In this document: piece after piece, positions 55,730 to 64,000 of the stretch
Position numbering within the stretch: position 1 is the first letter of the stretch
How the letters are laid out: each line of letters opens with the position of its first letter
From: the human T2T-CHM13v2.0 reference genome, Homo sapiens
DNA: 64,000 nt
NCBI RefSeq assembly: GCF_009914755.1
Contig: NC_060936.1
Reading direction: 5' to 3' (one strand)
Translations under genes and position numbers: made by a program
Notes under the pieces: generated by a model
The model's input: the letters and a program-made list of their open reading frames with translations, nothing else
Told to the model about the DNA's origin: nothing
The model's database searches: none

Positions 55730-56280
55730 CTTGATTTTGTCATAGAGCAAACCCAACAGTGGTTAAGCCACGTTCCAAGAATAATTTAACACTATCTCCT
55801 TCTACCCCCACAAACACATGCACTGACCACGTGGTCATCCCCCTGCAGTAATATGTACTGAAGCAATGACTCAGCTCACAGTTCTACCCTATAGCTATGT
55901 TTGTGCCACTACCACCTCCTGCCTCAAAGAAACTCTTGCCAGGGTGATTTACCAAGGATAAAGATGTCTAATTTAAGTTGGACCAACCCAATTCTCTTTC
56001 TTGGAAATTTGAAACTAGAAGAGAGCCACATGGAGAATGAAGGTAATTGAAGCTAGGATAGCTAATATTGATACTTCAGAGAACATCCAAGAGCTTCTTT
56101 CTGATGCCAAAGACCCAGAACAGCCTTTGTCCCTAGCCTTTGTCAAAGTAGAATGATGGCTCCAAGCCTTTCACTTCTTAGTAATGTGTTGTCTTAGTAA
56201 TCTAATCTTAGTAAGTGTTATCTTAGTAATCTAATCAATGTAACTTTCTTACATTAGAGTAATTTTTGGTTGTTTAACAG
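55730..56280 (+). mobile_element. Possible ancient ERVL-type LTR (LTR16/LTR33-like)
   Basis: aagttggaccaacccaattctctttcttggaaatttgaaactaga resembles the ggaccaatcagattctctctcctgggaatttg motif of these families; very diverged. Confidence 0.35.
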
Positions 56281-57149
56281 GTAGGCCAGACCTACTATTA
56301 TTTATCCCCTACGTCCGTATCAAATAGGCTTCTGCTTGAAGATCTTGGCTGACACAAGACTCTAATTTAGTTTTCCCACACAGATAAGGTAATAAAATAA
56401 AGACAAATGAATTGATTTTATTGTTAAATGAGTCATGAATTTTGATGAGCTTGGATCTTGACAACAAGTATAGAATTTAAGATGTGGAAAAATATTCTTG
56501 GAAGGCAAGGTCATCAGATCCGGAGTCCATTCTAAATCCCAGTGGAACTCTGTGACTGCTTAATGCATAAGACACAGTTGGGTTCAGATCTTTATAATGT
56601 TCCACACTGACTTCCTGACTGTCTCAAGTAGCTATTTCACGGTCTCTTAAGAGGTAACCTGTATCACCAATTTTTTATTAAACCTGTGGATTTTGCATCA
56701 GAAAAGTTATTCTGATTAATTTGGGGCCATTTAGAAGAGCAAAACAGTATTTTAGTAAAATGTTACCTTCAACAAGTATGTTATTGTAATTTAGTCATTG
56801 GGAAGATTAATTCGTCTTCTTTAGAAAATATTGCAGCCTAACACAATGATTAAAAGCATGAGATTTAGTAATTTCAAACCTTAACTCTCCCAGAGTTTGG
56901 CTGCTCCTTCATTTTAGAGGGATTAGTTCAGGTCATCCTGGCAGGTTCCCATATCAGTGTTGTGCTCTTAGGTTCATAGTTTTGTTTTATGGATAAATAT
57001 TTACTTATGTCTGTTTGGCTAACTTTGCTTTGTGGCTGAGCAGTTGTTTCTTACTAGTTGTGAAACTAGATTGGGTTAAATTAAAATGACATGGCCATTT
57101 CATTTCTCCTTCCACTTTTGCCATTATGTGGGAGGGGAAACAACTCCAG

Positions 57150-57260
57150 GCATTTATTCAACAAATATTTATTCAGCCTTTACTATGTACCAGAAACTGG
57201 GGATAAAGTTGTTAACAAAAACATTATGGTTCCTGACCTCACCGAGCTGATGGTCTAAGA
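57150..57260 (-). mobile_element. L2 3' terminus
   Basis: catttattcaacaaatatttattcagcctttactatgtaccagaaactggggata...ggttcctgacctcaccgagct. Confidence 0.75.
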
Positions 57261-58872
57261 AATCCAAAATGGTGACCCACATTACTCCTGAAACTCATTC
57301 AAATTGCAAAAGATCCTATCTCCAAGTAAAGAATTTTTAGGAGTATTCCTTACTTTCTTCCCAAACAGCATCTTACTCTTAATTAGGGAAGCTATATGCC
57401 AAAGCTGAGCCCCTTCCTTTTATTTTGAGGAAGTATTATTGTAATTGGTAAATATGTTTCAGATTCTTTAGTAAGGGATTTTGGTGATTTACTAATTTAC
57501 TTATGAATGAAGATTCCTTTATTATTTTCTGTTGCTCTTATTATTTTGTTTAGTGTGCTATGTAAACATGCAGTCATATCATAATCTTTCCTAGAAGTCT
57601 AATTTGATTCAAGTTTGCACATTTAAAAAGCCAATGACAAACTCTACCCCCTAATCTTTGTCATCTATATAGGTCTTATTTCAACTGTTGTTCAGGAATG
57701 ATCCAAACAAATTCAGAAGCAGATTTAAATGTTATAGGTAAGCTTATTTTTTTAAATCAAACTTAAAAAAATTGAAATGTCCTCATGGGTTTTACACCCA
57801 AATACATAATAAACATATGTTTTTAAAATATTAGATAATGACAAAAATAAACAATTTTAAAATACTATTGTTAATCCTATCATACAAAAATGACCAGTAT
57901 TAACACTCTGATGTATATTTCTGAAATTTTTAATAGACATACACACACATAAAGACATATACATTCTTGCTCTCTCCTTTTAATTTAAATAATTAAAAGT
58001 CTTTAATACTGTAAAACTACTTTACAACTGCTTTAATCATAGAACTTCTAAACATATACATATACATAAACATATTTAGATTTCAAAAAGCATAGATTTA
58101 CAGCATCATTTTAATGGCGCATCATACTCCATTTAATGTTATAATGTATTTGCTCATTTCCGCTTACATTTAGTTTACCTTCAGTTTTTGGTTCTTAGGA
58201 GCTCTCAGGTACTCCCTAGCTCCTTGCAAGACTTGATCTTGGTTACAAATTTTTCGTCTATTTATGCCTTTAAAATACTTAATAGAAACTCATTTTGCTC
58301 ATGAGTATTTGATTAAGCATGCATACAATTAGAAATAATTACACATCAGTATTATGTCATGAAGTAACATTGGTTTTGTACTTTTCTTTTTCTTGTCCTT
58401 TTGTAGCAAACACTGGTAATCTGGATTTTTCAGTTTTCTCTGGTACTTCCCACTGGTTTCAAACTGCTCTCCTTCCAAATTTAGTAATGTTTATTCCAGA
58501 ATGAATGTATTAAATCTGAACTGTTTAATAAGAGTAGCCAACCCCCAAAGTTAGAATAAAGGGAAAGGCAAAACATGCCACCCATTAAGAAGCCAAGGCA
58601 TTACCAAGGTAATTCTATCATCTATCTCTTTCTCACACAATGTGAGATTTGGCATTCTTGTCTACTCCTTTCCCGGGCTGCAGGCAGGAGAAGAAAAGAA
58701 GATAGATATTCTCCTCACAACCCCCCATACTCATGCAAACACACACAAAGGCAAAAGTATTGATAATTTATCACAGAACCACATCTACTCCTTGTTCTTA
58801 CTGCCTTGTTACTTTCATTATGGTCTTCTCAATTTAGGAAAACAGATCTCATAAACTCTCTTTGGTAAAGCA

Positions 58873-59112
58873 GATAATAATAATTTATTTAATTTTTACA
58901 TAGTGCCAAAATTGATCTAAGTCTTATGCATGTGCTAACTGATTTAACAATTATATTGACTCCATGAGGAAGTTACTATAATTATTTGCAGTTTATAGAG
59001 GAGGAAATTGAGGCACAGAGAAAATTAGCAACTAAGGTCATAGGGCTAGTGAATGGCAGAACAGTATTTAAATCTTGAAAATCTGATTTAGAGTTTGCCC
59101 TCCCAACCAATT
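58873..59112 (-). mobile_element. MIR SINE
   Basis: tttatagaggaggaaattgaggcacagaga...aaggtcatagggctagtgaatggcagaacagtatttaaatc. Confidence 0.78.
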
Positions 59113-59209
59113 TGTTATGCCTTTGTCTAATTTTATCGAGTCAATTAAATGAAATGAATGTTTGGCAGCCCTTGTGTCTAAATTTGTGACAGAATTTATC
59201 TACTTACCT

Positions 59210-59745
59210 TGTATTAGGATTGTTAGACTCAGACAACATAAGGGAAATCTATTGTCATTAGCCCACATAGACACTATTCCAAGTCCATAACCTCAAATTA
59301 AATTGTCAATGCTGCCATGCATGGCAGGAGCCAAGAGAATCTTTCTAGACCTTGATCTTTATCTTTTATAATAAAAGTCTTAGCTGGTGGTCCTGCTGCT
59401 GCCAATTCCATTTCACACTGTGGTAGATCCTCCACAGCTGCTATTTTGATCTCACTGATGTAAATGTTGTCATTACCTCCACCATATCTTGGAACAGATT
59501 CCATGCTCCAGGCACCAGGTGGGCACAATGAATCTAGAATCTGACTTCCACACTTCCTGAGGCAAAGTTTTCTTTTTCTTTGGAGCTGGGGTTCTATGTT
59601 GGGGCCAATTCTCTGCCCTCGAGTGCTCATGACACTCTTCCCTTGGAGAGAATTTCACCTTCAGCCACGAAAAACTTCATCTTCATTTCTCTTAGTTTTA
59701 GTCCCTGAGAGTTAACTTCATTTCCTCTCTCAAATCCCACCATTA
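59210..59745 (-). mobile_element. Probable ancient LTR, family unassigned
   Basis: On minus, a purine-rich ~530-bp block ending ...ctaacaatcctaataca, an LTR-like terminus. No recognisable protein in the overlapping ORFs. Confidence 0.3.
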
Positions 59746-59846
59746 GCCTTTTCTATTTTACTTTGATATTTGCATTTACTAATCATCTATCATTATAATA
59801 ACACTACATAACAAACTCAAATCTTAGTGGCTCATAATCACATATA

Positions 59847-60068
59847 CAGTTGGCCCTCTGTATCTGTGGGTTCTGCATCCAAAGATTAAACCACAAATCA
59901 AAAATATAGTGTTCACAGGATGCAGAACCTATGAATTTTGAAGGTTGACAGAGGGCTGACTTTTATGTGTTGGTTCTACAGGGACAACTGTGGGACTTGA
60001 GCATCTGTGGCTTTTGGTATCCATAGAGGGTCCTGGAACAAATCCCTCATGGATATCAAGGGAGAAAT
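59847..60068 (-). mobile_element. MER8/MER2-family Tigger-derived MITE
   Basis: TA|cagttggccctctgtatctgtgggttctgcatcc...gggacttgagcatctgtggcttttggtatcc...ggtcctggaacaaatccc...ggatatcaaggga. Confidence 0.85.
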
Positions 60069-60256
60069 ATTCAAATATATATATATGTCACACTCATGGG
60101 TTTGTGGGTGAGGCGAACCTTGTCTCAGTTTATTTGGGCTTGGCTGGATGCTATAGTTTGATTTCAAGTATACACTACATGTCTTATATTTGGACCGTGG
60201 TCTTCTTGGGGGTATTCTGTTGTTATGACAATAGCAGGATTGCAAGTATAGAAGCT

Positions 60257-60791
60257 GGTGGTAGTTAATTTTATCTGTCAACTAAACTAGACTAAGGGAT
60301 GCCCATATAACTGGTAAAATATTACTTTTTGGTATACCTGTGAGAGTGTTTCTGGAAGAGATTAGTATTTGGACCAATAGAATGGGTAAAGAAGATCCAC
60401 CCTAGCCAATGTGGGTGAGCAGCAGCCAATCAACTGAAAACCCTAATAGAAAAAAAAAAAAAGGAGGAGGAAGGGCAAGTGTGCTCACTGTTTTTTTGAG
60501 CTGGGGTATTTGCCTTTTCTAGTATTTGGACATCTGAGAGCTCCTGGTTCTCAGGCAATCAAACTGTAGAACATACACAGGTACCTCTCTCTTCCCCCTC
60601 CCATTTCTCAGGTCTTGGCCTCAGACTGGGGGTTACACCACCAGCTTTCCTGGTTCTCCAGCTTGCAGACAGCAGACGGCAAGACTTCTTGGCCTTTAGA
60701 ATTATGTGAGGCAATTCCCATGAGAAATATACTTTTTATATCTATATAAATCCTATTGATTCTACTTCTCTAGATAACCCTGACCAACGCA
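60257..60791 (+). mobile_element. ERVL solo LTR, MLT2B-like
   Basis: gtagttaattttatctgtcaact...gtgtttctggaagagattag...ctcctggttctcagg...ggttctccagcttgcagacagcagac...aaccctgaccaacgca. 5-bp flanks aagct/aagcc. Confidence 0.9.
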
Positions 60792-61554
60792 AAGCCAAAC
60801 CACACAGGCTCATTTAAAATTTCTGCTCACATTATGTCCACTGGCCAAAGCAAGTTGCTTGCTTGACTCAGCTGTATATCAATAAAGCTAGAAAATATAT
60901 TCTACTTGCTCTAATGGAGGTACTCCCATACCATGTGGCAAAGGTTATGGATGGTTCTACCACAGGGAAGAAATAAAGAATTGGGAAAAATAATTCTATG
61001 TATTACTAAAATAAATGGAATTAATGTGTTCTAAAGTCCCAAAATTACCAGGTAAGTATAAAAGATGGTATTTTTGTACTAGGTGAGTCCAAGATAGTTG
61101 TAGTAACATCTAGAATAGTCAAGAAAAGAATAGTAAAATTATGTGTATGGCATTAAAGGTTGAAACAAAGCTCCTCTAAAAATCTATGAATCTTTAAATC
61201 TTAAAACCTTTAACTTTAAACCCTAAACTCTATGTATAAATTTGAGGTAAGACAGAGCATACAGTCAAGACAGAGGTGATCTGGAATCTGGGTGACTGCA
61301 AAGATAGATTCATTAAGTTAAATCTCATACGATATCTGTATTATGCAACTCCACTTTAGGCCTCCAGGTTTGAGCATTATTACCTGAAATCTTCTTGTTG
61401 GCAGAACATTTTTTTTTTCACCTTTTAAAGGAGAGAATCCTCTTTCAAAAGAAAACTAAACATAATTTTTTATGATGTAAGAAGATCCGTGTGCTTAGAC
61501 AAGCTTGAGCATGAATATTTTGCCCTAGTAATTCAAGCAATTCCTTTTGTGCCA

Positions 61555-61780
61555 TTCAGAAAAAGGTCACACATAGCTAACAAGATAAGCCTGCGCATAT
61601 CAAACAGTGAATATTTGTGCTCTGCTACATTTATGTTGGCACTTCTCTCGGCCTTAAGAGTCAAAGGGCAAAGGAATAAAATAGCTGCCTGTGTGTTCTG
61701 CTATTCATTACAGATTTTCCATCTGTATTTAATATTCATTGGAGCCAGGTCAGCAAAGAGGTCAAAGATCAGCAAGAACA
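61555..61780. promoter_or_regulatory. Candidate enhancer: nuclear-receptor half-site cluster in apparently unique sequence
   Basis: AAAGGTCA 61562-61569, AGATAAG 61583-61589, GAGTCA-A-AGGGCA 61658-61670, AGGTCA-n6-AGGTCA-A-AGATCA 61747-61771. Motif evidence only. Confidence 0.35.
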
Positions 61781-61869
61781 CATCATATTAGCTACGACTC
61801 AGGGTGCTGATTAAGAATCAAGAGTAACAAAATTTTGGCTACATTCAATCAGAAGTCATAATCAGAATG

Positions 61870-62105
61870 TATTTTTAAAAATACATTTTATTGTGTATAT
61901 TTGAGGTTTACAATTATTATGGGATACATATTGGTAGTAAAATGGCTACTACTATAGCGAAGCAGATCAACATATCTATAATCTCACATAGTGAAGTTTT
62001 TTTAATAAAGAAATAAAGCAGCTAAAACCTAATTATTTAACAAAAATCCTTAATACAAGTTTAGTATCTTCAGTTCTTATGTTGTACATTAGATTTCTAA
62101 TCATG
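61870..62105 (-). mobile_element. L1MA9/10-type 3' end fragment
   Basis: ttttattgtgtatatttgaggtttaca...gcagatcaacatatctataatctcacatagt...atgttgtacattagatttcta. Confidence 0.7.
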
Positions 62106-63342
62106 TTCACCATAAAAATCTTCTATGTGTTTTTATTTAAAGAATGACTAAAAACAGAACCCTCTTTAAGACTATCATTGCAGTTGAAAAGTAAAGAATG
62201 GTTTAAACATAATGAACTATTAGACCATAAGCTGCTTTGTATCTTTAAAGAAATATACTGAGGTAACTTTGGACTGGCTAAAACAGCACAAGATGATCTA
62301 GTACAGCAGTTTGCTACCTGTTACTAATGATATTTTAATGACCACTATAGCTCATTTAATCTGTCTGGTTCCTTCCAGCCAAGAATGCACCTCAGTTATC
62401 TTTCATACGTATGTGTTCAATCAAATCAAACACATTTCTGACTCTCAAACATATTAGTACATATATTATTGTGTATTAGTAGCTCATGCCAAAATTTTAC
62501 AAACTCCCTTTCCAACTGTGGCTTTTTATCGAGGAACTGAATTCCACCTTTGAGAGTAACTTGTTTGCTTTCTCCTATCTTGCTTTTAGAGAGTAGAACA
62601 TCATGGAATTATAAATTTAAGATTTCTAATCTTATCTTGACTTTAGCTCCATGGAAAACCTTTCACTTGTATTTTGTAAATTTTCCTTCTGATTAGTCTC
62701 TCCAATCCAATCCAAACCTATTTACTTTCCTTAACCTCAGCCTGACCTCACCCTAAACTCAGCAGATAACAATGCCTCTTCTTATCAGAGAAAGCAGTAA
62801 CTCCTTCATCGTCCTCACTCTCTTACTGTAGGCTTACGTGTACACCACTTTCACTCTTAGAGCAAGAAAGAACTTTCTGTTCACTGCATCATGCACTGGA
62901 CGATCAACCATTTAAAATGTCCTCTTTCATTTATTTAATTGAAGAAATCTCTGACTATACCTGGAATTTAAGTTTTCTTGCTCCTAAAACTACTCTGTCT
63001 CCTGAATTGTCCAAGTCAATGATGTTGCCTAGGCTTCTAGCTGAAAATCTTCTGGGCCTTCCTGACTTCTATGTTGCATGACTTGCCCCCGTTATTCCAT
63101 CCTCCTCCCATCCTAGAGGGATGATATAAACTCACCCATCTAGTAACTAAACACTATGAGTTCTATCTAAGAAATGGTTTTCAATTTTGTCCATTTCTTC
63201 ATTTCCACTGTCACTGCTTTCTTCTAGATTGCTTATAGTTGCTCAATTGAGCTTCAGCAACTATTTCCTAACTGGATATTCTTCATTAGTGTCTCTTTTT
63301 AGTCCAGGTCACTTTCTTCATGGCAGTGTAAGTTCATTTTGA

Positions 63343-63435
63343 AGAAAGGAAGAAGAGGAGAGAGGGAAAGGGGAGAGAGAGCACACATGCACGACAGAGA
63401 GAGAGAGAAAGAGAAAGAGAAAGAGAAAGAGAGAA
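63343..63435. repeat. Purine-rich (GA)n/(GAGAAA)n simple repeat
   Basis: gagagagagagaaagagaaagagaaagagaaagagagaaaa, sitting within L2-like sequence. Confidence 0.85.
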
Positions 63436-63729
63436 AATTAATCACATTCTTCTGCTTAAAAAGTTTTTCTGGTATCTTGTCTTCAGGAAAACATGTAATT
63501 TTTTTGGCTTACTCCAGATTGTCTTTCACATTCTCTAGTGAATTTCTCATTATGCTGTCATGATCCTATTCCTTGATATGTACCCTACTGCTCTTCTCAA
63601 GAAAAGTCTTGGTGTTTTTTGGCCAAGCCAGGTGTGTTGACAAATTTATGGCCTCTGCTATGTTCCCTCTGCCACTACGACCTGCACTTTTTCATCAGAC
63701 ATATTCTGCTCAACTTTTCCATTTCCAGC

Positions 63730-64000
63730 TGTATTAGTCCATTCTCACACTGCTGTAAAGACATAATTACAACACTGGGTAATTTATAAAGAAAAGAAGT
63801 TTAATTGGCTCACAGTTCCACGTGGTTGGGGAGACCTCAGGAAACTTATAATCATGGTGGAAATAAAAGGGGAAGCAAAGACCTTTCTCACATGGTGGTA
63901 GGAGAGAGAGAGAGCGTGTGTGAGGGTGCAGGAAAAACTGCCATTTATAAAATCATCAGATCTCATGAGAATTCACTCACTATCATGAAAACAGCACGGG
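63730..64000 (-). mobile_element. THE1D/MSTA-type MaLR LTR, running off the window end
   Basis: tgtattagtccattctcacactgct...ctgggtaatttataaagaaaagaagtttaattggctcacagttcc...cagatctcatgagaattcactcactatcatga. Confidence 0.92.

Larger units (their letters stand above)
59780..61010 (-). mobile_element. Old MaLR LTR (MLT1I/J-like) in three pieces
   Basis: Pieces at 59780-59846 (acataacaaactcaaatcttagtggct), 60070-60256 and 60792-61010 (ccactggccaaagcaagt...catgtggcaaagg...gaattggga) read as one colinear element. Confidence 0.6.

Noticed and set aside
59298-59658. 110-aa and 61-aa minus-strand ORFs as a possible processed pseudogene
   Set aside because: No recognisable protein, poly-A or TSD; the block ends in an LTR-like taataca terminus.
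61489-61791. 100-aa ORF in unique sequence
   Set aside because: GTG start, no recognisable domain or convincing splice context; the region looks more regulatory than coding.

Overview
Primate, most likely human, AT-rich and CpG-poor non-coding DNA (intergenic or deep intronic). I recognise no protein-coding exon, RNA gene or CpG island. The longer ORFs in the track mostly fall in Alu, L1, LTR or MER copies, and the rest are short AT-rich frames with no recognisable product. The window is mainly layered transposon remnants: about 14 Alu/FLAM copies, L1s from L1PA3 back to L1ME, MaLR/ERVL/ERV1 LTRs, a decayed ERVL pol, hAT and Tigger MITEs, and MIR/L2 fragments, many with readable target-site duplications (TSDs). 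I found no new biological system. The most notable observations are mechanistic scars: an L1 with an internal inverted copy of its own RT region, an L1PA5 with a short 3' transduction, a twin-primed L1PB, a non-tandem ~150-bp duplication, and several nested insertions. Two motif-dense candidate enhancers and some candidate splice signals are also noted. Subfamily names come from recalled consensus sequences, not from a database search.
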